A DNA stretch of 63,273 nucleotides, the filler included, from Choristocarpus tenellus KU-1152 (taxonomy: Eukaryota; Protista; Phaeophyceae), in assembly GCA_964200185.2 (NCBI GenBank). It is 12 parts of 12 records of this genome, joined end to end, with 100 filler letters (N's around TTAATTAATTAA, not from the genome) between each part and the next. Parts side by side here need not be neighbours in the genome. Positions count along the whole stretch, not along the records: positions 34,386 to 38,112 come from CAXNAD020018273.1; positions 38,213 to 45,809 come from CAXNAD020005905.1; positions 45,910 to 52,153 come from CAXNAD020008586.1; 9 more parts are not named here. One strand, given 5' to 3'. The translations under genes and the position numbers were made by a program. A model generated the notes under the pieces. It saw only the letters and a list, made by a program, of their open reading frames with translations. It searched no databases and had not been told where the DNA came from. Below are positions 36,545 to 49,241 of the stretch, piece after piece (within the stretch, counting starts at the first letter, position 1; each line of letters begins with the position of its first letter).

Positions 36545-37896
36545 TTGACGAAGATTGATCTTCACCATTGCTTGTTCTGTCACTCTCCTTGCAACACTTG
36601 CGAACCTATGGACAAACACACAGAGAGAGAAACAATAATATTCAATAGCAGAGAGATGTAAGGTACAATCTAGAGCAAGAGACTCCTACAGTACAGCACT
36701 ATCACACTCCAAATCCTCACCACATTTGCGCTAGTTATACCACACTTATGTATGGCCGCACTACATCTAACAGAGCCCATGCACCTCGAAAGGCACTTCT
36801 TATACAAGTTACACACCTCTGTAATGTTACCCTCTTAACTTGAACCATCAAAAATAATTGATATACCAGCTGCAATAGAAGACTTCCCCTCACTTCTCCA
36901 CCTCCCCAAATATGACCAAAAGCCCTCCAACTGTTTCATCGCTCCCAATCCGTCTTGTCAGCTATACCCAGTGTTTCACAACCCATCGATCCAGGCCACA
37001 ACATTCTCTAGTACCATACATTACATGGGTGAGGCACTATATTCTTGGGATCCCCCCCTCCCCTGCGGGATCAAGTACCAAAAACATCCTGTGGGTACCA
37101 TGTAACAGACTCTCCAACAACAAAAACACAACACCTCAAGTCTACCTGCGCTAAGAACTTCTGCATCACAGGTACAGGTGGAGGGAAGCTTAAATGCGAA
37201 AACAATTTTTACTAGGCACTGCAAAGTACTTCATCATTGAGAGAGCCGTTATTGCAGGGACTTGACTTCCCCCTTTGTTCCACTACAGAGAGGTGTACCT
37301 CATTTGGTCACCCTGCATTGTTACGTGCACCTGCTGCAAAAACAACAAGTAACTCCAATTTGTTCTCACACACATTTCTCAGAATGATCAATGCCAACAA
37401 CTTCGAAAGTCTACCGACTCTTTTCCATGTAACCAATCGCACCCAACCAAAAAAAAGAACTGAACCATAAATCACAAACCAACGCTTCATCCATCCACCC
37501 AACCAGCATCCACAGTAGCATTCACATATCATCCACGGTAGTGCGGCATGACTACAAAAAGACTAATTGACACCCCTCCCCTTTCCCTAAACACTTCCAT
37601 TAAAATCAAATGTTCAAACCAGTGGCATCACCACATCATCAGACACGCACACATACAAACACATGTTTGTTGATAAAAAAGTATTACCTCTCTCACAGAC
37701 ACAGAATAAATCAGAACATTAATCAAAAGAGCCAAGAACATGAATTTCTCGCATCCATTCCTCTCACCTGGATGTAATCCTGTCCGTTGATATCTGTGTA
37801 GAGACGCTTCTGCATTCGGCCTGTCTTATCTGGTCTGGCTATGGTCTTGAGGGCAGCAAAGGCTTCGAGTGCTTGCTTTGAATCTTGATATCTAAC
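36545..37896 (-). CDS. Internal exons of a PH-domain-like protein (37896-37768, 37330-37299, 36605-36545)
   Basis: Phase-compatible GT-AG exons give ...DKTGRMQKRLYTDINGQDYIQVHVTMQGDQMRFASVARRVTEQAMVKINLRQ, fitting the PH pattern KxGxLxK...VxL.GxxLxF...IxL. Confidence 0.5.
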
Positions 37897-38943
37897 CTTT
37901 TGTTGATTAAAAAAATAAGAAAACAGAAATTAATACAAAACAAGTACAAAAAATGGATCATGAAAATCTATAGACAATATTATCATTTTTCCGATTTTTT
38001 TCTGTTGTGCAAAGGAACTACTCGATAAAAAACTAAATCTTTTGGGAGAGTAGCAGAACAAAATATTAAACTTGAAAAAAGGAGGGGGGGGGGGGGGAGG
38101 TAAACTTAAAAANNNNNNNNNNNNNNNNNNNNNNNNNNNNNNNNNNNNNNNNNNNNTTAATTAATTAANNNNNNNNNNNNNNNNNNNNNNNNNNNNNNNN
38201 NNNNNNNNNNNNTGTTCGTGGCGTTTACTGTGTAACTGCTGCTGCATTACTCTCGAGTATAGTGCATCGTAGTTACGTACATACATTCCTAGTTACGTAC
38301 GTACAGAGCAGGTACTGTGGTACTTCTCTCTCTATTTTTTTTTTTGCTTGTATTTTTGCTGCAGGTGCTAACACGAACAAATACATGAACGGCCAATGCA
38401 ATCAACTGTATGGGTGCCGTCTATCTAAAATTCAGGGGGGCGGGAACAGATAAACTCCCCCCCACATGGGCTGGATTGGGTATCGTCTCTGGAGGGTCGT
38501 CTGAGGAGACTACAAGGTCAGAGGAGGATGCTGGATGAAGATTTTGTAGCAACAAGAGAGCATACCCTCTTGAAGGAGTTGAAGGAGATACCGCCGTCCC
38601 AGGGGGACTGTTGAGGAGGAGCGGCCTGCCTCAAGGATGGCTAGAAATAATGTCGATCTTGAGAGGTCGACTGGGGTGCAACGTCAGAGGTGGAGGATGT
38701 TGTGGTAACTGATGAGAAGGCCTTAGCTGGGGCTGCAGCACATGTCACTGCCCTGTTGGATCCGAGTGGGAGTGAGGCCCGCTACACATACTGACATTCA
38801 TCAAATGCACCACAACACCTCCAGAAACAGACAATCTACTCTCCTTGCACTTAGAGCATTCAGCATCTGTTCAGCCAATTAGCTAGTCCCTCGGTCCATT
38901 CCTGAGCCAAAATAATTCAGGATTAGGTAGGGTTGCATTTTGA

Positions 38944-39521
38944 GGATCCCGAGAAAAGGCAAAAAGAATCCAGTTTGTACAATTGCAGCAAGAGCTTTTC
39001 CTAAATTGTGGAGTTACTTTGTATATGAAAAGGGGGAATATCATTTTTGTTTACAATATGCACAAAAACCAATGGAAAATAGTGTGCTACAAAGGGTAAG
39101 AAAGATGACTTAGAAATGAAAAGGGTTCAAACCTGCCTACCCCTCAACTGATTTGGCTCACTGTACAAGTCAAAGTTTCCAAAGGTAGTGCTGTTCTCTC
39201 TAGTGCCTTAAAGATACCATATCACTCTCTCAGCATTCAGCCAATCAGACCAACTTGGATTCTAAAAACATAATGCCAACTCTCGAGCTATAATACGCAC
39301 ATCAGGCCTTGTCGTTATTGCCGCCCATTGTGTCCCCAACCTATATATTCAAAGTCATCTTTCTTACCTTATGCAATACACTCTGTTTAACTGTTTTGTG
39401 TGCACAATAGTGTACACATATGGATATTCCCCCTTTCCACACACTGATTTACACCACAATTAATCAAAGGCTCTTTCTGCAATTGTACAAAATTGTGCAT
39501 CTTTGCGCTTTCTGGGGATCC
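38944..39521. mobile_element. Foldback MITE family D, ~190-bp TIRs, TTAA-type target (Kolobok-like ends)
   Basis: TTGA|GGATCCCGAGAAA...TTTCTGGGGATCC|TTAA; arms share TTTGTACAATTGCAG, AAGGGGGAATATC and GGTAAGAAAGATGACTT in inverted orientation. Confidence 0.88.
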
Positions 39522-40226
39522 TTAAATGCAACACTGCCTATCGCTCAATTGGTTTGACTCATTAATATTTGTTTTGATTATTGGCATTATGAGAGACAGG
39601 GATGGGGTGGGCGCGTTCCTGGCCCTCGATGGTGTACGTACATTTGAACTACACATCATTCCAACCCTATTCATAATTCGTAGTAAAGTTTGACATTCTT
39701 CAATGCCCTCCCCATACTTTAACGTGACCTCAAACTCGAACTGATAACTCCACAGCACACGGGGATGTAGATAGTACGGTCTGGGGTTCCTGTTGATAGC
39801 TACAGATCCAGCGCCTGGATCTGCATGGTTTATGGAGCCTTATGTAATAGGCCCCAGACAAATAGCCTCCGTCTCTGGTGCCAACACGGTCAGACTGGAT
39901 ATTCTGACCACCTTTGCATTTTTTATTCTTGAATAAAATATCCTATTCCTGTATGAGTATGTATGAATAATATGAATGTCAAAGGGTTCGAGTGGAGATT
40001 TTCTGAAACGCTCAGTTTCATGTTTTTTTCCGAGATGTCTTCGAAGACGTCGTCGACAATCTCAATGTAAGACCGCAATTCAAGAGGTCAAGATCGCTCT
40101 CTCTGGTTGTGAATCTCGACATATTGTAGTAAGCAACCTCGAATGTTGAGTTTTGGAGGAAGTCGGCAATTAGCCTAACAAGGGATGATCAACATGATAC
40201 AACACGTCTAGGTTTAAGTTGATAAC

Positions 40227-43068
40227 ATGCATGCCCAAGGGGCTGGACCTACCAATATGGCATCGAATATGGATCCCTCTCCTGCGGATGGGGACGCATC
40301 GGATATTGACCCACAGGACGGTTTGGGGAATGGTAATGCCGTAGTAATCCCCGCTTGTTACGTGGAAGAGAGTCTCGCATATGCAAATCGAGAAAAAAAC
40401 TTGGAAGCAGAGGTAGAGCCTATAAATGTAGGTGTGAGGCCTTCAACAGAGGAGGTAGAGTCTTCGCAAGCAGAGGTAGGGCCTTCACAAGCAGACGTTG
40501 AACCTTCAAAAGCAGAGGTAGGATCTTCACAAGCAGAGGTAGGGCCTTCCAAAACAGAGTTAGAGACTCCAAGATTGATACAGGATAGAGATAAGCAAGA
40601 AGGCTCATCGCAGGGAACAACAGCAGAACAACCGGATACTTCTGGAATTCCGGATGCTGGTGGCAAAATACACGAGGATACAAGCCTTAAAACGGAAGCA
40701 GGAACTACGGAGAAGCTAAGTGGGGATAGTAATGATGAAGGCCTGGCCATCCCTCCTGCAGAGTGCCAAGTGGAAACAGAAAAACACTCCACCCAAAATG
40801 AAAAAGAGGTCTACGAGTTTATTGAAGAGGAAGCAGACGATATGGAGGTTGACCTCAACAAAACATGGACCAAACCACTCTTGAGTGAGGCCTTGTCCTA
40901 CAGGAAGGTAGTGCAACTTAGGAATCGAGAAGAATGTACATCACAACTTGGTAATTACTTGTCTGGGCCCTAGCTTTACACCAGGATGACCTAAGAAGGT
41001 AGAATATAATAATAATGGTCATCTCTTTTTCAGACCCATAATTTGAAGGCGCTGAAGAGACCCCACAGAAATATTCACTTTTTCATCTCGTTGCAGGATA
41101 ATACATTCTCAATCGATCCCATTGACAGCACCTGGTCTGGAGCCAGGGGCTTAGGCGCTATTTCACGACGACCATAAGAGACATGGGATCCTTAGGCGTG
41201 GGGGTGTACCTTTACTTTTGGATCAGCAAACAATGTGCAGTGGCATTTCTCATGTTTACTGTTCTCTCTGTACCTTCCATGGTCCTCAACAGCCAGGTGA
41301 GTGGAAGCAGGTGTACAAGCCTCTTTGTACTTGCAATCAAAGCATAAGTATCAGATGACAGGGTATGAAAGGACAAAAATGATTTGATCCTCTTATACTG
41401 TGGCTGAGGTGCACCTTGTTGGTTTTTATGTGGTCTTACCTAAAGGTTGGCAATTGGATATGCAACGAATAGGTTGGACATGAGACTCGATTATCCCCTT
41501 CTCATATGCAACACTTGGGTACAATTTTGACACAATTTAGCTCCAGCAAGATGTTTTTCCTAACATCCCCCGCCTGTGCCGAATGTTTGTCAAAGGGAAA
41601 TGCTGGATTCTCATTGTCAGAAACAAGCATTGACTCACTCAGGCTGGTGACTCTGAGTTATGGCAATCAGGGGATCAGTTCTAATCTGGTTGTAGCTTCA
41701 GATTGCATTGCCAACAATGGGACCGTTGACTGCACTGGTGAGACAGTTCAGGTGAGAGTGAGTCAAGGGAGGATTGTAACAGTTGCAGTGCCGATGGAGT
41801 GAAGATACCTTATGTGGCGTATATTCATTCTACGCAATATTTGGGGTGTTATGCACTACGAAAGCCCCCTCCATAGTTGTAGAGTTCCCCCCATACTTAT
41901 TGTTTCCAATATTTTCTTTATTTTTGGATTTTGGTTCTGCTCTAGGTTACCACCCCCATTCCTATGCCTTCCCCTGACCTTAACCCTTATCCTCTAGGTT
42001 TCTTGGGTCTCCACCTGAACCCTATCACTTATCCCTAGTTCTAATCCCAATGTAGAACGGGCTTATTTGAACCCAGATAATTCTACCCCATGTGGATTGG
42101 GTAAGGCTATAGCAGGCAATCCTCACATTGATGACTCAGATGGACTCCATCAGACTTATTCACACAGCCTATATCCAACACCAAGTCAGTGCTGGAAACA
42201 TAATCCAGAAACCAAGAAAAAATTGCGAAAATTGTCGAATTATGGCGGGAGGGGGGGGAACGCAAGCAAGACAGCTCCACAGTTCATTGCAACAAACGTT
42301 CTTTTCAAAGTTACTATGAACATCTTTTCAGTACATACATAGTTCACATATTAATATTTGCTGTAATACAGTTGAGCTTCTTTTTTTTTCAATGTGTTTC
42401 ATCTTCCCAAACCAATATAGGATTTGAATCAAGTGATGCCCGCCCACATTTAATGTGTTGGAAGAGTGCTCAATATATACTCCTCCATACATTGATTCAG
42501 AGGACAACATTATTCCACTACGCCCAGCTCAAGGTCTACCTCCCCTGAATGCGATGCTTCTGCTAGGTTTTCAGTCAACCTGAAGAAGTTTGGAGGGTAG
42601 GATCGGTCATTGGTGGAATGGAGGTTGTGATTGCTATAGGCTGTGCTATATTCATCACTGTGCTCAAGGGACTTCTCCAGGTAATGATACCACACAAAAT
42701 GTTATGCATTCAACAATATTGTCCTCATCCATTGTAAGTGACAACTGTAATAATGTACAGTACCACTGCCAAATATTTATCTTGAGTAGCACTACATCAC
42801 TCCAGGCCTCCCACTGACGGATATGAGACTTGACATATGCATGTTCTCACATTAAGAAACGGGGACAATTGTAGTATCTAGTCGTAATTGAGACCAAAGA
42901 ATCATAAGATATTATGTCCTTCTGATATGATGATGATACATGTCCACTCCTATAACATATATCAACAACAAACAGGACAAAATCCAAGAGATAGAAAATG
43001 CCAACACCACCCCTGCTGACTACTCCGTGATGGTTCGAGGTCTGCCCCCAGATGTAACTGAAGACCAG
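40227..43068 (+). CDS. OSCA/TMEM63 (CSC1)-like ion channel, 3' incomplete; exons 40227-40907, 41129-41296, 41596-41751, 42567-42680, 42976-43068
   Basis: Acidic N-tail, then LGVGVYLYFWISK+TM, TLSYGN, a second TM and TPADYSVMVRGLPPD; all introns phase 0 GT-AG. Confidence 0.82.
40407..40562 (+). repeat. Coding 21-bp tandem repeat (AEVGPSQ-like x~6-7)
   Basis: GCAGAGGTAGGGCCTTCACAA variants within exon 1. Confidence 0.85.
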
Positions 43069-45450
43069 GTTAGTTAAATATTCTGCACAAGGGTAGGGAA
43101 AACTGGTTACTTGAATTTATGCTACTAAGCTACTAAGGGGCATATCAGTATGTTCATGACCAAGTATCATTTTTTCTTTAGGTGGAACACCATATGAAAG
43201 AGATTAATGTTAGAAACAGTTTCCTTCCCTTGTATTCACACACTAAAACCCTTACTCTCACTACCTAACATACATTCTGCCTAGCAGCAATTTTGACATG
43301 TCTTCGGAGCCATTCCCTGTCTACTTTTTGAGTCTTGCTCACAACCTGCATTTTGGACCTATAGAACTCACAAAATTGGAGTAGTGATATGAGCAGCATA
43401 GACAAAGGCATACTGTTGATGATTACCAGCTTCAGGTTTGATCTACTTGATAATCAAAAATACTAAGTATGTGCATCAGCATGATTGCAGCTTGGTTCAG
43501 ATTTAATATTTGAGGATGCTGAACTGCCAGCCTTGGAGTGTTTGACTCTACAAGTCCTTTAGGGTATTATGTGCTATATGTCATAGAGATGAAAGTGTGG
43601 TTAGGTATGGATCAAACAAAGTGAGCTGATGGATGTCTCTCCAATGTAGCACCACTTTAAGCTATATTTCTGGTAGTTGGAATCACATGCAATCAGAAGT
43701 ATATCCTATCCTGTATCAGTGCTAGGATTATTTATTCATCCCAACAGTCGCTGGCAACCTCAAGGCAGGGAATAGTTCCATTTCGGATGTTTTGTGGCTG
43801 TAGTCTAAGTCCATTAAATGAGATGCAACATTGATCTGTGTAGGAGGCCTTGGTATCGTGTGCTCGGATGTTTGGCACATGAGCTATCTCTAGCATTCAC
43901 AAATTTAGAACTATATATATCATCACAACACTAGTAATAATAGTGATTCGAGCATGTTATTGGGGTTTTACAAAGTAGTGAAGGAACTGTCCTGCTATCA
44001 CAGCGCCTTAAAAAAAGTAAAATATTAACTAATAAAAAATTACGATAGGCTGGCACATTCAAGGAACTCAAGAATCTAAAATGGCGCATCTTTCAACTCA
44101 TTTCTTCGAATTTTCCATTGTTAGTTGCGTACATTTTGATAACTGTTGTGAGAAAGCGCACCAACCGCAGTCATGATGTTGTGCACCAAGTTTCTTCAGA
44201 AATACTGGAGTTGATACAGTTTTTGTGCTAACCATATACTCCTAGTGATTCCTATGTTGGGGCTAGCTTATCGTGCCCTTCATACAGGTGAAGCCAATGT
44301 GATGCAATAGATGGTGCCCAAAATTGCAAAAGAAAAATAATTATACATGAATCGACTTGGAATTGCTGGAGATGATAGGTCCTGGTAGTGCATTCATAAA
44401 CCAAACATAATTGGAAGAACCACATGCTGTGAATAAGACCACGAATGAGAAGATTGAGGAAACAAGGATCACTCTTGTAGCAAAAAAAATGGTTCGATTA
44501 GAAAAGAGCAATAAGAGAGCAAGCAAACTCTGTCATAAGATAGGAAGCAATTGTTCAAGGAGATTGAAAAAGGAGTGGTGAGCTAAAAAATTATTGATCA
44601 GGTTAGGCTATAATATTTACAAGTATTTTCTTGTAATATGTGCCAGGCGATTCCGATCTATATATTTTTTTAACGTGTCTACATTCACCAATAAGTACAT
44701 CTTAGTCCTTTTTTCATGCTTCGAAATAGAATGATTTGGGGTACCGGACATAGTTCTCGGCAACCAGATAGGGTTCACACTGCTTACAAACTCAAGGAAA
44801 TATCATGTGTTCATGATGAGATGAAATTATTTTCCTTTTCATTTCATATAGTATAAATGAACTCTAACCTCTCTGGAGACCAATAGAGTTCAATAGGTTC
44901 AAACAGTTGCGCTATTAGCAGGAGATATGTTACATGTCACATGCAATGTTTTTCTGACACTGGGTAGTTCCACTGCACAAGGAAAACACCCAAGGTAAAT
45001 TCAGGGTAGATTTCTTGCCCTGGTTCTTGAGAAAAGTTGCAATAAATAATCGTACCTTCTCGGTTGGATGAGAAAACTGTATACATGGCGTGTAATACAG
45101 CCCAAACAGAAAGAGATAAGTGCTCAATCATCAACTAGAAAGCTTGGCATCACATCCCATCGACAAAATATTGAGAAGCTGCTTGAATCCACTTCAAGCT
45201 GTACCAAACCTCCCAGGGTTTTGCAAGTAGAAAATCCAGCTATCTTAATTCCTAGTAACAACACAAAAATTGATAGCCCACAAAGAAAAGAGTGATAAAA
45301 TATTGAGAGAATCTAAATCAAGCCCTAACCTGTATAGACTGTTTCGAGTCAGAAGCTCTTTCTGATTGAGACCAAAATTATATATTTGAACTGCCACAAC
45401 AAGAACGAATCACCATATTTTACACTGCAAATGACATTGTTGCCAAATGT

Positions 45451-45487
45451 ACACCTACACACCTACACACCTACACACCTACACACA
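45451..45487 (+). repeat. (ACACCTAC)n 8-bp microsatellite
   Basis: Direct reading. Confidence 0.85.
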
Positions 45488-45909
45488 AATACACAATCCA
45501 AATTGAGTGCAAGGTATACATTATTGCTATCAATCAATGTTATTGCTTATGTGGGAGGGTTAAGCTTGATAAGAGTTTCAGATAGTCTCCCTCACCACAA
45601 ATAAAATACAAAGGAGCAACATTGACTCTCACATATTCGATAGACCACAAGAAGGGAGCTGTGGAACCACGCGGAAATTCCTGTCTACAGTGAAGGGGCT
45701 ACCGTCCTCCATAGTGCAGGGGATGCCCATCCCCTCGCATCGTTAACTTAGACGTTCCACCATAGGGATGTGTTGTCGCAACTGGCCCCCTGCCCTGGGG
45801 CAGGTACGGNNNNNNNNNNNNNNNNNNNNNNNNNNNNNNNNNNNNNNNNNNNNTTAATTAATTAANNNNNNNNNNNNNNNNNNNNNNNNNNNNNNNNNNN
45901 NNNNNNNNN

Positions 45910-48562
45910 CTGGTACATTGTTGTGCCCTGCCCCATCCACAAGCATCGCCTCCTCGCGCCATTTTGGATTCACCTGTGCAAATAATCCACCACCACCCCC
46001 CCCCCTTGCATTAGAAAACGTTTTGACACCAACATCACTTTAATCAACACACACACTCTCTCTCCCCCCACAGCCCTCCCTCCTGACCCTCGAACCTTCT
46101 CACCATGCTCAGCAGCTTCTTAGCATGCTCCACCGCCACCACCTCGTCCCTGATCCCATGGATAATCAGCACCGGGCAATCCACCCCTTCCATCCTGTCC
46201 ATATTACGAAACATGTCGATTTTCTTGAAGACTGGTAGTGGCAACCCTAACGAAGCCACGACCTCCCGCAAGGATAGAAATGACCCTTCAACAATAACCC
46301 CACCGAGCTGAATTCCCAATCTACCAAGCTTATCTGCCAGATGAAGTGTGGGGCCCGTTCCTTTTTCACAAGAATAGGAAGGCAGGAGGAATAAGGTAAG
46401 AAGATAGGGAGGGGGGGGGGGAGGCAACACCCTATTCTGTTGTGACATGTGGATCTTGCTGCATTGGTGAGAAGACTTGGTGAGCATAAATTGAATTGCC
46501 CCAAAAAATTTGATGCCCTCGATTGGAGTCAAAACATGCAAGCCGTGCTTGCACCAAGGTGGGGCGAATCAGCAGGCGGGGTGTGTAGAAGAGTGCACTG
46601 CACACTTCTGCATGAAAAAATAACTGGATTTGGTCTCTCAAATTTCAATGCCGCCTACATCCGAACCAGTTGAATCAAAGCGATTCAATTACCATAATTC
46701 ACAACACAACTTATCGGACCACATCATGAAAAAAAAAAAGCTACCGGAATACTTATCAATGAAGTAGAGCACTGATGCTTTCGTGAAATAACACGACATA
46801 CGTAGGAACTCAACCTGCATCATATTGTACCTAGATGTAGGCTTGAGGATGCGGATACAGGGGTTGGTGGCGGCAACACCTGTGGTAGAAATGTAAACTG
46901 AGAGCTGCACAACATACGCTATTACGTATCCGTCATCTGGCATTTGGAGGTTGATTTTCCATACATCCACCTCAAAAGCAAACAGGAAAACCATGACAGA
47001 ACTCTGCAAATTTCAGCCATTTTCGACTCAAAAACTGTGGTGTGGTGTTGGTATCATGACTCAACCTCTCAAATGTGTTGACCTGCTGATGTTATGCCAA
47101 AACTTCAACGTATTGTATTAGATTCAACCATTGGTGGAACGTATCAATTTTTCGATTTTAAAAGGAGGTTCAACACAACTGGGAGTTGAGAGGAGTAGCT
47201 CATGCATCGCACCGGAAAGGGAAAGAAAATACTTTCCATCATCACAACATTTCGACTTTGAGAAAATGTGCATATCTCTAGACGTGCAAGTGACTCGAAA
47301 TACGGGAAAGTGCTGCAACCATTTGTGGATACTTCGCACTTCAAGAAGTAGTTTCACTACTTGGCTACCTTTACCCCTGCGATTTCCTAGTTCTTGTTAA
47401 ACATTTCAACTTTTTCAGGCCTTGACATCCTCAAAAAAAGGAGGGAGGGGTCACGTCTACCACAGCACTGTAAGTAGTCATTTTAGGTCATTTAGGGGAC
47501 ACAGAGCTGGGTTGAGTGGGAGTTTGAGGATGGAGATTTAGGCACCCTTGAGGAAAAATTGGCAAATGTGGCAGGAGACAGTGCTATGATGTGTTAGGCA
47601 AGGATGGAGTAAAAAAGGGCAAGTAAATTAAGCGCAAACGGGATTATAAAAGATTTGGCGACAGGGCAGGTGAGAATAGGAGGATGAGCGAAACTCTATC
47701 AGCTCCAGCTGGTCCAGAGAGAGAGGTCTAGTCCATGTGAACGATGTGAACGGACAGGAAAATCTCATGTGAAGATATGGCAAAGTGTGTGAGGGTCTAA
47801 ACCTTTGACTACATTTGGGAAGGTTGCAGCAGTAGCACAGTAAGTTGCTTGCAAACCTTACCGAGACTACGCCCCAAGAGAATAATCTCCTGCGAAGGGA
47901 TTTTCAGGTTCATGATAAGCATGTCATAGGCGGCCTCGGCGTCCGCCATCACGCTTGCTTCCGAAGTCTCGAGGTGCTTCGCTCCTGACTGGCTAATGCC
48001 ATACCCAGTGTATCTGGAAAGGGCATAGAACGTGGTGGTCTTGACTGTTACAATGAGCCTTACTAAGTCGCTATTCCAATTCGAAGGTTTGAAGTTGCAC
48101 GACTCGATAAGGGGATGGACTTGCTCCTCACTCGTAAGCCAGGACGTTAACTTGGAGCTCGTTGGCGAGGACGTGCATTGTCCGCCGCCTCTGAACCACC
48201 TTAAGTGATTCCGCAGACGCATGGGAAAAAAGTATTGTTGCTGGGGCGCCTCGATCTACCCAGAGAGCAGGCACACCTGCAGTGATCGCAAAATATTCCA
48301 GGCACGGGTCACTAAGGGAGGGAGTATTTTGCCATCAGTCTTTGTCAACAATTGCCACAGCATATCTTACCTCGATATTTAGTCCTATTAAAGATTTACA
48401 GACACATTTCCTCGCAGCATCGACGAATAACTCCAACCAAGATCTAAAGCGGGTGTCAAAAAGAGCAGGTGGAAGACTATGGTTTCAAACACCTGTACTG
48501 AGCCAGACAAGTCTCTCTCCATCCTGTGGGGATACTTGAGATCTAAAGTTTGATGCGGGAAC
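45910..48562 (-). CDS. ABHD17-like alpha/beta hydrolase (possible depalmitoylase); exons 48562-48493, 48276-48132, 48013-47862, 46360-46104, 45973-45910 (cut by gap); first exon uncertain (~48590-48730)
   Basis: TILFSHASAE, VNVLAYEYTGYG, ADAEAAYD, LLGRSLGTGPT (Ser), PVLIIHGIRDEVV (Asp), GAGHNN (His); phases compatible. Confidence 0.9.
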
Positions 48563-48789
48563 CTGGAAAACGAGAGATGACAGGGTGGTACCCATCGAAA
48601 GGTATCAGCTACGATATGAAGGAGAAAAGGTGTTGAGCGGTCCAGGCTTGAACTGATACGTTTTATGTTGCGTCTGAATTGGGTTTTTGAACTTCTCCCT
48701 TTTCCCACTTCTATAAGCGTTGAACCAAACCATGTTCGTTTTAGTTATTTTGACAACTACGATCTTCCTACCATCTCCATCTATCAACT

Positions 48790-49241
48790 ACAACATATAT
48801 CAGATCTTAAAACAGGATTATTAAAATGTAATATAGTTAAGGTTGTGATGAGTCAAATATACTCAAGAATAAAACAATGATCTATAATCACCATAAATAG
48901 TAGTGGTTCCTTCCTCTTATCCCAAGTTTATCCAAAATAACAATTATCACGAATATTTTTCCTTGGCTGTGTGACGACATTTTGTTCTTGTTCGAACCTT
49001 TATTTTATGGTTCCTCTTTTGTAACGATTAGCTATGTGGGTATATATGGTTTGAGTGGATTTAATTGCGCGCGCAATCTCATTTTCCATTTCAAATGTAC
49101 TATTTCCCCCTCTCTCTCTTACCATCCTCTCCTTGCTTCCAACTGAGTCACAAACTGCAAACTCCCCCATTGTCTACCTCTGCTGTAGCACTACAAACAC
49201 AGAGGACGTGAGTGGGTAAATTATAATCCATTCACTCGTCG
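48790..49241. promoter_or_regulatory. Probable bidirectional promoter between the ABHD17-like gene and COX15
   Basis: Divergent genes about 0.5 kb apart, no TE seen; inferred from the arrangement only. Confidence 0.45.
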
